Of a stretch of 64,000 nt of DNA, positions 51,193-63,291 are shown one piece after another (within the stretch, counting starts at the first letter, position 1; each line of letters opens with the position of its first letter). The stretch is from Macrostomum hystrix (taxonomy: Eukaryota; Animalia; Platyhelminthes), in NCBI GenBank assembly GCA_950097015.1, contig CATNEN010000039.1, positions 4,154,001-4,218,000 of the forward strand, given 5' to 3'. A program made the translations under genes and the position numbers. The notes below the pieces were generated by a model. That model was not told the DNA's origin. It ran no database searches and saw only the letters and a list, made by a program, of their open reading frames with translations.

Positions 51193-52977
51193 ATGCAGCC
51201 AAGTCGTCAGCTCACCGCCCGCCTGCCAGGCTACGCTGCCCTCCTTCGCCGCGTTGGCCAGCAGCAGCAGCAGCAGCAGCTGGCGGCACCGGCCTCAACT
51301 CGGCTTGGCCCGCTTGCTGAGCCGCAAATGACTTCGCTTCGCTGCCCTCTGCCTGGCAATGTCGCCCCGGCTGTGTCTGTCATCGGTGCGAGGGAGTCTG
51401 CAACCAAGCCGTTGACCGCTAGTACTAATAGTAGTGCCGGCGATGCAGCCCTGCTTGAGCTGACTGCTAGGTGCGTTTTTATATTTATGAGGAAGGAGAT
51501 TGTTAAGAGGAAAGGAGGTAGATTGCAGGAAGGAAAGGAGGTAGATTGCAGGAAGGAAAGGAGGTAGATTGCAGGAAGGAAAGGAGGTAGATTGCAGGAA
51601 GGAAAGGAGGTAGATTGCAGGAAGGAAAGGAGGTAGATTGCAGGAAGGAAAGGAGGTAGATTGCAGGAAGGAAAGGAGGTAGATTGCAGAGACGAAAGGA
51701 GGTAGATTGCAGGAAGGAAAGGAGGTAGATTGCAGGAAGGAAAGGAGGTAGATTGCAGGAAGGAAAGGAGGTAGATTGCAGGAAGGAAAGGAGGTAGATT
51801 GCAGGAAGGAAAGGAGGTAGATTGCAGAGACGAAAGGAGGTAGATTGCAGGAAGGAAAGGAGGTAGATTACAGGGAGGAAAGGAGGTAGATTGCAGGAAG
51901 GAAAGGAGGTATATTGCTGGGTCAATCAGTGTGGTGTGTGTTGTCAATCAGTATGGTGTGTGTTGTCAATCAGTGTGGTGTGTCGCCAAAACGTACCTCC
52001 ATTGTCTGTGCCCCACAGGCCCTGTCCCAACCAGCTGCGCCGCGATTTGGCTTCGCTGCTGGGTGCCGAGGCGCCTCAGGCCGCCAGCATGACGGTGGTC
52101 ACCCTTGCCCACCGCACCCGCAACGACATGAGCGCCTGGTCGCCGGAGGTTCAAGAGGAGCGCGAGCAGCTCACTGAGCAGTTTGTGTCAGCCGCCGGCC
52201 AGCTGTGCCGCAGCCTGCGCGCAGGGGGCTACTGGTTAGTAGTAAAATACTTTCTGTATTTAACATTTTTTTGTATTGTTTTAGTCACGAGGGAAAATTT
52301 AATAATAATTGCAAGAGCGCTGCGGGCAATGGCACATCATTTGGTGGCTCTGCGCCCACAGCCAACGAGGAGGCAATTCTGTACACACCTATGCGGATAC
52401 GGTACACAGGTGTGTACATCTGGCCTGACTTTATCATAGCCAGGCAGTGTACATTTCACTGTGCCTTGGATGTTGACCCTCAAGGGCGTAAATTGCACGA
52501 CAATCCCCCAAGCCTTCTCTCCACCGCTGCGCCCCCGATAAATGTGGCGTCGCCGCAGGAATCGAGCTCAGGGACATTGGCGCAAACCTAGTGGTTAGAG
52601 CTTTGAACTCTTATTTAAGGGGCTAATAAGGGATATGATTTGCGTCCTTGAGAAAAGACACCCGAGACCAAACAGCCATACAATGGGTTGGTATAACTGC
52701 TGGCGCCTATATGCGTAAATTGCACCGCTCCGCATTCTTCCATGTCCTCAGGTGCGACTTCATCGATCCCACATCCGGCCGGCCCATGGACGCCTCAGGC
52801 GGCACTGACACCCTGTTCGAAACAGACGAACGCTATCGCAGCCTCGGCTTCGACATCGAGGACCTCGGCTGCTGCAAAGTGATCATGCACTCCAGCTGGG
52901 GCGCCAGGGTGTTCGTTGGCGCCGTGTTCACGAACGCCCCACTCGATCATCCGCTCATTTCCGGCCTTGCCGCCTAG
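51193..52977 (+). CDS. MMADHC: Cobalamin trafficking protein CblD
   Basis: Exons 51193-51470, 52019-52234 and 52752-52977. N-terminal LPGYAALLRRV and LPGNV motifs; core NDMSAWSPEVQEEREQL...GYWCDFIDPTSG...TLFETDERYRSLGFDIEDLGCCKVIMHSSWG...FVGAVFTNAP. Confidence 0.93.
51509..51911. repeat. Minisatellite, 23-bp unit GGAGGTAGATTGCAGGAAGGAAA
   Basis: MMADHC intron 1. Confidence 0.95.
52298..52587 (-). mobile_element. SINE family A copy
   Basis: Reverse-complement match including the (AAT)n tail at ~52300; lies in MMADHC intron 2. Confidence 0.75.
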
Positions 52978-53989
52978 AGGAATGCAGAAGAAGACATTTT
53001 TAGATTGTCGGGATTCAATATCTTAGATTTTTTAGTGTATTTGTCGTTGTTGTCGCTGTTGTTTTTTCTTCAGTTGGCTTCAAACAAAGTAGCTTTTGTT
53101 TGCTATTCTACAGTTTTTTATAACAATTAGGTCTGATATTATCTCATTAATCATAGTAGTAGCCGTAGATTATCTCACTCGAATCTTCAGCTATCAAAAT
53201 TTGTTTTGCCCGTTGGAAAACGCCACAAACAGTCTTGCTTGGGTCCTTGCTTTAAACCGAATCACGAAGCCGCAAGTAACTTATTGTAGTGAAAAAAATT
53301 CGAAGCTAATTAAAAAAATAGATATTAATTCAGTGATTTAAAATCATTTTCCAACGGACAGCTGTTTGTTTATAAACCCTTTTAGTGTGAATATGTGCTT
53401 TTGCCTAAAACTTTGTCTGTTCGAGACAAAATACTAGTTTCAGGGTCGCCATATGCAGTCTAGGTAAATATGTAACTTAAGAAAGAAACTTTATTAGAAA
53501 TATATATGTATATATTTGTTTCCTTCCTTTGTTATTTGCGCTACTATTCTGGAAACAAAAGATCTGCTTTTAGGCTTCCTTTGTTTACTCCCGTTTTGTA
53601 TTTTTGACACCCTGATAAATATTAGTTGAGCACTCACCAATTTTAGCTGCATTGCCCGTAGAGACCATTGCCCGTTGCCCCCAGGAGTTTTCTTCATCTG
53701 AGCTGTTTAGATTCAACAATCTCGCATCCTCATCTGCTGTGACCCCCGACAATAGAAACTGGAATGCTCATTGAAGACAGCCCCGATTTCGCTTTGTTTG
53801 TCGTTAGCATCTACAGAGGAGATTCGACTGCCACTGACGCTTGTCAAATACAGATTTATTTATACTACTCGTGTTAGATTGTCCCCGGAATATATGCCTC
53901 CTTATTTATTTGCCTTGAAATTCATTTCTTGTTTAGCAAGCGCATCTAGCAATTAAATCCCCATTTACACGGCAAACCTTAAAGAAACC

Positions 53990-54359
53990 GACTAAAACCC
54001 TCCAGGATGACCCACTGAAACCCTCCAGGATGACCCACTGAAACCCTCCAGGATGACCCACTGAAACCCTCCAGGATGACCCACTGAAACCCTCCAGGAT
54101 GACCCACTGAAACCCTCCAGGATGACCCACTGAAACCCTCCAGGATGACCCACTGAAACCCTCCAGGATGACCTACTGAAACCCTCCAGGATGACCCACT
54201 GAAACCCTCCAGGATGACCTACTGAAACCCTCCAATACGACCCACTGAAACCCTTCTGTATAACCCACTGAAACCCTTCTGTATAACCCACTGAAACCCT
54301 TCTGTATAACCCACTGAAACCCTTCTGTATAACCCACTGAAACCCTTCTGTATAACCCT
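53990..54359. repeat. Minisatellite, 23-bp unit CCACTGAAACCCTCCAGGATGAC grading into CCACTGAAACCCTTCTGTATAAC
   Basis: Upstream of the TECPR1 start. Confidence 0.95.
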
Positions 54360-54602
54360 TCAGGTTAGTTCCCCAAGACCCTTCAGGATAGCTTGCTGTA
54401 ACCCTTCGGGATAACCGCTCAAACCCTGCAGGAAGGCCTCTAGAATGGTCTGTAAAACTGATCAGCGAATGCCGCTTGACCCTCTTAAAGCCATTCAGTA
54501 AGCCCGATTGCATTTCCAGCCAATCAGACGCTTCGGCCCAGCATCAGGGGCATCAGTGCCAAGCCTTGCCCAACCAATCGGGTCGGTCGGTTGCAGTGCC
54601 AC

Positions 54603-57600
54603 ATGGCCTGCGGAAGCGGCAGCCTGTACGCTCTGGACCTGGCTGGCCGGGTGTTCAGCCTGAGCTCCTCTAGCAGCGAATGGCAGCCAGTGAGCTCTGG
54701 CCAGTCAAAGCTGCGCCATTTCAAACGCCTGGCCCCGGCCGGCTGGTGCCTGTGGGCCATCGGCAACGATCAGCAGCTGTTCCTCATGGTGCTGAGCACG
54801 GATGTGAAAATTCGCTACCAGGAATCTGTCACAGAGCACGAGCGCTATTCTCCCATTGGGGGCTTCTCCGGAGCCAAATTGCTCAATAATGATCCGCCGC
54901 ATTTCGCTTTGCACGTGCGTTCTCCTGGCTGAAGTTATCTGTTTGTTTGACTGCGCCTCTCTCTTCTCTTCTCTCTTATCTTAGATGAGGTGATATCCAT
55001 CATCAACTCATCTCTTATCCATGTATCCCATGATGACCTCCTCTCTTATCCCTGAATCCCATCATGACCTTATCTCTTATCCCTGAATCCCATCATGACC
55101 TTATCTCTTATCCCTGAATCTCATGATGGCCTTATCTCTTATCCCTGAATCCCATGATGACCTTATCTCTGAATCCCATGATGACCTTATCTCTTATCCC
55201 TGAATCTCATGATGACCTTATCTCTTATCTCTGAATCCCATGATGACCTTATCTCTGAATCCCATGATGACCTTATCTCTTATCCCTGAATCTCATGATG
55301 ACCTTATCTCTTATCCCTGTATCCCATGATGACCTTATCTTATATCCCTGAATCCCATGATGACCTTATCTCTTATCCCTGAATCCTATGATGACCTTAT
55401 CTCTTATCCCTGAATCCCATGATGACCTTATCTCTTATCCCTGAATCTCATGATGACCTTATCTCTTATCCCTGAATCCTATGATGACCTTATCTCTTAT
55501 CCCTGAATCCCATGATGACCTTATCTCTTATCCCTGAATCTCATGATGACCTTTTCTCTTATCCCTGAATCCCATGATGACCTTATCTCTTATCCCTGAA
55601 TCCCATGATCACACAGTCCCTATAGGTGTCTCATTTATTAATTATTCTAATTGACAGGTAAGACAGAGCAGCTATCTTAAGGCTGTGACTCTGCGCTCCG
55701 TTCTCGTGCCTTCGTCTCGCTGGACCTGGGAGGACGACTGGCACCTGGAAGAGGCCGGGCCAGCCACGGACAAGCTGGGCTGGCAGTACGCTTTGGACTT
55801 TAATAGAACATTCTCACCGGAGAAGCGCATCGCGTTTGTTCGCAAGAGGCGCTGGCTGCGGCACAGGTGCGACTGTCACTTTTTTCCGTCTGTTATTTAG
55901 CTTTGACGGTCTATGATTATTCACTCGATTCGCCATTTTTTAGATATTCGATTCTTATCCCTATTTTATCGCTATCGCTATAAAGTCCGTGAATTTTTAA
56001 TGCACCTACTTTTTGAGAATCCCTGACTAGTTTTCGTACTTTTGGGGGAATCCCAGATTTTTGTACTTATCTTTGGGGAATTCCTGATTATTTTACTTAC
56101 CTTAGGGAAATCCCTGACTATTTTTCTTACTTTTAAGGAATCCCTGATTACTTTATTTACTTTTAGGGAATCCCTGATTACTTTATTGACTTTTGGGGAA
56201 TACCTGATTACTTTATTTACTTTTAAGGAATCCCTGATTACTTTATTTACTTTTAGGGAATCCCTGATTACTTTATTGACTTTTGGGGAATACCTGATTA
56301 CTTTATTTACTTTTGGGGAATCCCTGATTACTTTACTTACTTTTGGGGAATACCTGATTACTTTACTTACTTTTGGGGAATCCCTGATTACTTTATTGAC
56401 TTTTGGGGAATCCCTGATTACTTTATTTACTTATGGGGAATCCTTGATTACTTTATTGACTTTTGGGGAATCCCAGTTTATTTTACTTATCTTTGGGCAA
56501 TCACTTAATTTCGAGGAATCCTGTTTGCTTTAGTTCCTTTTTGGGGAATCCCTCTGTTATTGTACTTTCCATTGGCAAGTCATCTATTTTCGCAGGTATC
56601 CCTAAATATATTTGGTATTTTAGGCAACCGTTGATTCGTTTAGTAGATTTTTTTTAGAACTCTCGATTAGTGTTGTCAATTTAACTGTTTACAACTTTCT
56701 ATAATTAACGCACATAATTAACGTCATTCTATTTTGGGCAGCCTTTATTATTGCAGTTCCTTTTTATGGAAATCCCAAATCTGGAAATCCTTACTTTGCC
56801 TTTCTCTTAGCTTAGATATTGCTGTTCATTCCATTTGTTCCTACCGAATAATCCCTAGATGATCTAGATGATATTAACCTGGCAGATATAATGCCTGCTC
56901 AGAACATTGCACTCTCGCCAATGGTTCCTCATTACGAAATCCCAACCCCAGGTATTTCTCGGCCACGGACCGGTGGCTTCTCATTCCTGCGCCGTCGCTG
57001 CATTTTCCAACCGACGATCCGTTTCGCGAGGTCTGCGTCGGCGGACAATGGATGCCGCACCAGAATGACGGCTACCTTGCCTTGTGGGCTGTCACTGTCA
57101 AGGGCCAGCTGTTCTACAGGACTGGTGAGTCTGAGCTAACACCTGCGCGTGCGTGATATCTTTCCATTGCATGCTCTTATCCGCAATTTGGCTACAGGTG
57201 TTGACAGGCTGTGTCCCGAAGGCCTCTCCTGGTGGCGCGTAGGGCCGCCAAGCGACACGGAGCAGGTGACGGGCGTCTCAGTTGGTCCCCTTGGCTCCGT
57301 ATTGACTGTGACGGACTCCGGTTGTGTCTACCTGCGCACCGGCCTGACCTGGCAGTGCGTGACCGGTTCAGGCTGGCTGTCTGTGCCGCCTCCTCAGAGC
57401 CTGTCCACCAGGGAGCGGATTCTGCAGGTTTGTGACTAACTTCCGGCCTGAATGTTGACCAAAGAAACTAAAGGTCTAGCTGAAGGTTACCTGAAGGTCT
57501 AGCTGAAGGTTACCTGAAGGTCTAGCTGAAGGTTACCTGAAGGTCTAGCTGAAGGTTACCATAAGGTCTAGCTTAATGTTACCTGAAGGTCTAGCTGAAG

Positions 57601-59320
57601 GTTACCATAAGGTCTAGCTTAATGTTACCCGAAGGTCTAGCTGAAGGTTACCATAAGGTCTAGCTGAATGTTACCTGAATGTCTAGCTTAATGTTACCTG
57701 AATGTCTAGCTGTACTTTACTTAAATGTATAGTTGAATGTTTCCTGATGATCAGGCAAAAAATTACCGAAGGTATAGCTTTAAGTTAAACAAAAGAACTG
57801 CTAAATGTAAACTAGAATATTTACCTGAATTTAGACCTGAATGATGCGAAGTTTGCAGCTGAAGAAGTTCATCACACACTCGTGTATCGTTGAACATAAC
57901 AGATTTGCTGAAAGCTACTTATCTACTTAGGTTAGGACCGAATCAAGTTACGTATGAGGCAGGTTCGGTGCAATTCATTCTGAAATCACTCTAAAATCAG
58001 TCTCTCATACTTCAAAATCGCAGGTGAGCCACGGTGTGCGCTCATTGTGGGCGGTCACCAACACTGGCCGGGTCTGGTTCCGCAGGGGAGTGAACTTGTC
58101 AGCTGCCCAGGCCGGGCACAGCTGGGTGGAGATGACCAAACTGTTCAGGCTCGTGAGCGTCAGCCCTACCGACCAGGTCAGTTCCCCATATGCTCGTAGC
58201 TAGAGCTTAGCATTTCATGATTGATTAATTAACTGAAACCAATCCTATGCAGGTGTGGGGCATTGACCTGGTTAGCAATCAGATGCTGTATCGCACCGGT
58301 ATCGATTCGCGCAAAGAGCTGCTAGTTGGCAAGACCTGGGAGCGACTCAGCCTGCCGATTGGCTATCCCGAGTGCGTGCGGCACCACATGCGGCGGTTGT
58401 CTGAGGCTGCCTCCGTGTCCTCGAACTTGTCGGCGGCTAATCTCGGTAAATACTCCTGATGTACTATGGGATAACTTCGGGGTGTGTTTGCCTCTCATAC
58501 CAAGGTTCCTGAGCTCGATTCCGCGGCGAGGCCACATTCATTTCGGGCGCAGCCGCGGAGAGAAGGCTTTGGGGACTTGTCGTGCAATTTACGCTATTGA
58601 GTGCCAGCCTCTAAGACACAGTGAGAGTACACAGCCTGACGATGACAGCGTGTGCCTGCGTACGGTATATTTGTGCGTGTGTGTTCAGGAGTCAACGGAA
58701 TGGGCGGAATTGCCTCGACGCTGGCTGCGGGTCTAGTGTCACCAAATGATGCGCCATTGCCTGCAGCTCTTCTGCAAATATTCTTATCATCATGGGATAT
58801 GCTTCCATCCTGGTGTACTATCAGCAGCTTTAAACTTGTCCTGTGCACTCCCGCCCCTTAAGATACTTCATCAAGCGCCGTTTCTCTGAGCGCCTCCGTC
58901 TCCGCCTCGACAAGACCGTCCGACGTTGTCGAAGTCGCCGAAGAGGCGGCCGAAGATGAAGAGGCGACTGCGATGGCCAACGAAATAATCGGCTTGCGAC
59001 ACTTCGCGGAGCCGTTTCCGTTGACGTCGACTTCGACCACCGAATCTGGCGTTGGCATCGGCGGAGCTGAAAAGTGCACCGCCGAAGAGACCCCGATGCT
59101 GCTGGCCGTGATGGATTTGTCCGCTTCGGCTCTGCCGCTACTCGGCGGCGCCATCTCGGCGCTCTGGCACCCGGTTGGGCGCGGCGGCCGCTGCCGCTGC
59201 GACTCTCTGCTGGATTTGTCGGCCCTTGAATCCGGCCTGCTCTATCAGCTGGTGCAGCGAGACAATCGAGAGTACAAGAATCCCAGGTTCGCTCACTTCA
59301 GCAGCGTGGCGCGCGAGGAG
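54603..59320 (+). CDS. TECPR1: Tectonin beta-propeller repeat-containing protein 1 (5' part; continues beyond the window)
   Basis: Exons 54603-54914, 55658-55866, 56952-57124, 57198-57427, 58024-58176, 58253-58445 and 58863-59320 are in frame. N-terminal LYALDLAGRVFSL, dysferlin domain (WTWEDDW...GWQYALDF...VRKRRWLR) and TECPR repeats (LWAVTVKGQLFYRTGV, LWAVTNTGRVWFRRGV). The last exon seen ends at a GT donor. Confidence 0.9.
55005..55608. repeat. Minisatellite, 31-bp unit CCCATGATGACCTTATCTCTTATCCCTGAAT
   Basis: TECPR1 intron. Confidence 0.95.
56010..56552. repeat. Minisatellite, 30-bp unit TTTTGGGGAATCCCTGATTACTTTATTTAC
   Basis: TECPR1 intron. Confidence 0.93.
57472..57711. repeat. Minisatellite, 23-bp unit AGGTCTAGCTGA-AGGTTACCTGA
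   Basis: TECPR1 intron; 12+11 substructure. Confidence 0.93.
58485..58785 (+). mobile_element. SINE family A copy
   Basis: CCTGAGCTCGATTCCGCGGCGAGGCCACATTCATTT body match; lies in a TECPR1 intron. Confidence 0.75.
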
Positions 59321-59342
59321 GTGAGAAGCTTTGCCCATTGGG

Positions 59343-59371
59343 CTGTCTGTCTGTCTGTCTGTCTGTCTGAC

Positions 59372-59412
<41 letters not shown>

Positions 59413-59429
59413 GGCTGTCTGTCTGTCTG
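59343..59429. repeat. (CTGT)n microsatellite
   Basis: Read directly from the sequence. Confidence 0.95.
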
Positions 59430-59458
59430 ATTTTCCCCGAAATTCTGCTGAAATTCTA

Positions 59459-59877
59459 ACCCGCTAAAATAGGGATGTTTCTTTGGGTGATTCCAGTTGG
59501 AATCTGCTGTGTTTCCAGAAAAAGAAACAGCCGAACGCTGGAAACATACCAATCGGATGATTCCATGCTTAGAATCTACCCAACTGGGCGTTTTCTCGGT
59601 GCTTCTTGGTGGCGAAATGGAATCACCCAAAGAATCCTCCAGTTCGGAAGATTCCATGCTCAGAAACCGCCGAGGAATCGCCCGTAAATAATTCTCTGGT
59701 TGTTCCATGGGCCACTGGTTCGGGTGATTCTTCGGCGGTTTCCGCACAATTTACGGTTACATCGGCTGCTTCCTGGTGGTTTCTTTAACTATTGCGAGAT
59801 AGGGGGGATTTTGGTAGATTCCACTCCTATTTTGCACAAAAAACCCGCCGAAGAAGCAGCCGAATTTTTTACACGGT
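59459..59877. mobile_element. Putative palindrome-rich non-autonomous DNA element
   Basis: Internal inverted pairs (TTCTTTGGGTGATTCC ~59479 with GGAATCACCCAAAGAA ~59619; GAAACCGCCGAGGAATCGCCCG ~59663 with CGGGTGATTCTTCGGCGGTTTC ~59721); ends only loosely inverted. Confidence 0.4.
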
Positions 59878-60480
59878 AGCTGACACGAAAGCTACAGAAG
59901 CAAGTGTTACTGTAAGCTGAAAGTACTGTTAAATAGCCGGCCTACTTGAATAAACAGATGATTCTTAATTGGTCTCGTGCACTAGCAGATACTTATTTTT
60001 TATTACTCGCCCCGCGAAATTACTTCTTTCTGATTATCACTGGCAAATCGGTTTTATCTTAAAAATGAAAATTATTTCATCTGCCGGAATCAGTAGCTGT
60101 TTTGTTACCTCTACTTTCAGTGTCGACACTCATTATAATAAAATATTCTAATAATTTTTAGGTACTCGACTGAACCATCTTAGCCTTATTGCTTAATATA
60201 ATGGATATTGCTCAAATATGGAATTTGACTTTATCAAATCAGTGTCGAGTAAGTGCATTTTTTGTGTTGCTAGTTGTCAGTTAAAAGTCTGTGTTCATGA
60301 TTTATTAGTTATGAGCATGAAGGAAGAATAGAATGAAGTGCTATTCTGAGACCTCCTGTTACTTCCTATTGAATGCCATAGACGAACGCGTTTTAAAACA
60401 ACTAGCTTAACTAAACTGACATAGGCATTTTAATACGCATTCGTCTATGGCTTTCCTTCATGGTCATGAGTTATTACAAC

Positions 60481-61388
60481 CAAGGACTTCTATATAATAG
60501 CATCTGGACTGGAAGCGAAGAAATACCCATTACCTCATGAGGCCAGTTTTTCCCCTGCTTTCTATGGAATCTGTCAAATTAAGAAATGCAAGATCGGAAA
60601 TCCAGAGATGTAATGTTAACTGGCTAGTTCCTTTCTTCAGATTATTAATTTATTTTTACGAGTACCTTGAAGCAGCAACGCAAATTCAAATGGATTAACG
60701 CATATGCAGGTGTGCTTCAAACAATCGGTAACAAACAAAACACGTAGGCAATGGTAACGTAGAACTTGCAGAAGAGTGTTCACAGAGGTCGTATTGGCAT
60801 CAAATGAAAGTTACTTGTCTTACTTACTTCAGAATCAAACTGACAAATCTGACTCGGGTTGTTGAGTGGGTAGCAATGAAATGTCACAGTACCTGGCGTT
60901 GAACTATTAGCGAAGCCGCTCTTGCAACCGAATGCGGAACACTTGTTCACCATAGTGAAGGATATGCTGGCGCAGAAATCCTTGGCAAAGAAAAATGAGG
61001 AAACTGCGTTGAGTATGAAATGAAACAACTAGGAAATCTGATCCAATTCAAATTAGTGCCACTACGTGGCCATAAGTCGTGGCAGTTCTGGAACAAGTGT
61101 CTATGGTGAACAGCTGGGGACCGATGGAATGCCAATTTGAAACGCCATTGAAATCAATTGGAAATGCTTCTCCGAAAAAAGTAGGCTCAATTTCTCTCCA
61201 CAACATTGGATTTCCACCAAATTCAATGTGCATGCCTGGAATGTAGGCGCCTTGAAATGTGTGACGGCTTAAGTAGATATGTTTCTCTGGAGCCGCTGTG
61301 CTCGGCTAAACTTTGGCCTCATGTGGTAAAATAATTGTGAAATTTATTTCTCGTTTCCAGTCCAGATGCTATTATATAGAAGTCCTTT
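60481..61388 (-). mobile_element. Non-autonomous P-element-like transposon with THAP remnant
   Basis: TIR CAAGGACTTCTATATAATAGCATCTGGACTGGAA at 60481 mirrors the sequence ending at 61388 (terminal base mismatched). 8-bp direct repeat ATTACAAC at 60473-60480 and 61389-61396. Internal MVNKCSAFGCKS...TFHCYP THAP start at 60953 (-). Confidence 0.85.
60760..60953 (-). pseudogene. Truncated, frameshifted THAP zinc-finger N-terminus of a P-type transposase
   Basis: M-x3-CSAFGC...FHCYP motif, then a stop at 60782-60780; an LCEH motif lies in a neighbouring frame; no catalytic domain. Confidence 0.7.
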
Positions 61389-61847
61389 ATTACAACATTC
61401 GTGAGTGTGCTTCATATAAAATACGATTGCTTATTTAATCGTTAAAAACTTGTACTATTCTGAGCCGGGAATGTGTTGTCTATGGCAATTTTTGGTGAGA
61501 TTGACAAAATTTGACAAAACTAGGATATTATATCATATAATCCCCTCGAAATAAGGAGCATTATATGGAACATTGAAGTGAACTTTGAATTCGGCTTTTA
61601 CGTTTTGCCACCACTGACTGACTGGCAGCTTCGTGACTGTATCTTCGTGAGAAATTTATTTTTTTGTCTATGGTCGGAATCAAATGGTCTATATATCTAT
61701 CAATCAGATCGGATGCCCCCGAAAAATAAGCAATCGAATTTCATATATGATAAACGCCGTTTAATTCACATTCTGTGGTTAGAATGTCCGAGGCTGGCGT
61801 TTAATGGTCTCGAGGCGAGCGTAGCGAGATGTATGTATAGATACATA

Positions 61848-63291
61848 CACTCAGCCACATTGAAAAGTTTCCACCCTAGCGCGCGAAGGGGCAACGTTTT
61901 GGTCTGTGGAGATATTCGTGGTTTGAGCCATAGACAAATATATAATCCGGAATCGACCGAAGCAAAGGAACAGCAAAGAAACAAAGTACGCGAGCATGGG
62001 TGACAACTCGCCCAGAACAGGGTCAGTAACGCGTATAGCAGCCACGTGAGTGCAGCAGAGCGCTCACTCTCCGGGGCATCCCCAGAACCAGGCGTCGCAG
62101 AAAATCTTGCGGTAGTTGTTGCCATGCAGTAGACAGTGATTCGCGCAGTTGGGCAACATTTTGCGGCGGATTGTCGCGCCGAATCGAGCGCTTCAAGTAA
62201 TCCCAAACGTGCTCTATGGGATTCATGTCCGGTGATCGGGACGGCCAGCGCAAGGTTCGCAGGTGCAGCAGCTCCTTCAGATGCGCCACAGCGGCTGCGC
62301 GATGCGGTGGGGCGTTGTCGTCTTGGAGGACGCAGTTCCCCACGCCACCACATGAAGCATCAATGAAGGGCAGCAGGCGCGTCTGTAGAAGGTTGGCGTA
62401 CGACTCGGCAGTCACAGTCGCATCCAGGAACACGAGCTCCGTCTTCGCGTGCATTGTGATGCCTGCCCACACGTGAATAGAAGCTGACTGGCTCTCAGAG
62501 TTTTGCACGTGCTGCGGCAGCATCTCCTGGCGCGGCTGGCGCCACACGCGAATGCGGCCGTCGGCACGGAACAATCGAAAGCGGCTCTCATCTGTGAAAA
62601 TCACTCGCCGCCACTGCTGCTGCCTCCAGTGGACCCTTTGCATTGCCCATTGTTCCCTGCTGGCCACATGGGTTGGGGTCAGGCGTGACCGTTTGCGCAT
62701 CTTACGGGATCGCAGCCCCGACTCCCGCAATCGTCGTCGGATGGTTTGGGCGCTCAGGACATTCCCTCGCCTGCTTCTTTCAGCCCACATCAGCCGTAGC
62801 AGGGTGGCTGGCAATGTGGGGCTTCCCTTTACCATTCGCAGCAATCGCCGGTCCGCCCTCCTAGTTGTACTGCGCATATTGAGCCGCAGGCCGCGCGTGG
62901 CGTGCGCCACGCTGCCCGTTTCTCTGCACTTGATCTGCAGTTTGCGGATTGCTGTGTGTGACCGCCCAATTTGGCGAGCAACAGCTCGGATGGACATCCC
63001 AGCGTCCAGCATGCCAATGGCGCGCGCTCGTTCCAGGTCGGTCATTTGGCGAACCATTGCGTTCGGTTGCGAACGTGGATTTTAGACTCCTGTATAAGAT
63101 GCTGCTGTCTGCTCCATGTGACTGTTTCCTTCGACTTGTCTGGCGTCTATGACCCAAGTTTTTGAATTCTATGGCCCAAGTGCGTGTTGACGAAATCATC
63201 AATCGTCTATGGCACAAGTCATGGCAACCAGTTTTGAAACTCTAAATATACAACTTGCGCGAGGGTGGAAACTTTTCAATGTTGCTGAGTG
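61848..63291 (-). mobile_element. Tc1-family (DD34E) transposon, full length, TA target duplication
   Basis: TA|CACTCAGCCACATTGAAAAGTTTCCACCCT at 61848 and AGGGTGGAAACTTTTCAATGTTGCTGAGTG|TA ending 63291; ~35-bp TIR with 2 mismatches. Confidence 0.95.
62023..63057 (-). CDS. Tc1 transposase, intact (344 aa)
   Basis: Paired-like HTH N-terminus, VIFTDESRF, QDDNAPPH and WPSRSPDMNPIEHVW, with 34 residues between D2 and E. Confidence 0.95.
   Translation of the reverse strand: MVRQMTDLERARAIGMLDAGMSIRAVARQIGRSHTAIRKLQIKCRETGSVAHATRGLRLNMRSTTRRADRRLLRMVKGSPTLPATLLRLMWAERSRRGNVLSAQTIRRRLRESGLRSRKMRKRSRLTPTHVASREQWAMQRVHWRQQQWRRVIFTDESRFRLFRADGRIRVWRQPRQEMLPQHVQNSESQSASIHVWAGITMHAKTELVFLDATVTAESYANLLQTRLLPFIDASCGGVGNCVLQDDNAPPHRAAAVAHLKELLHLRTLRWPSRSPDMNPIEHVWDYLKRSIRRDNPPQNVAQLRESLSTAWQQLPQDFLRRLVLGMPRRVSALLHSRGCYTRY

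Noticed and set aside
56042-56533. Hydrophobic 163-aa ORF (ESLITLLTFG repeats)
   Set aside because: 30-bp intronic minisatellite within TECPR1.
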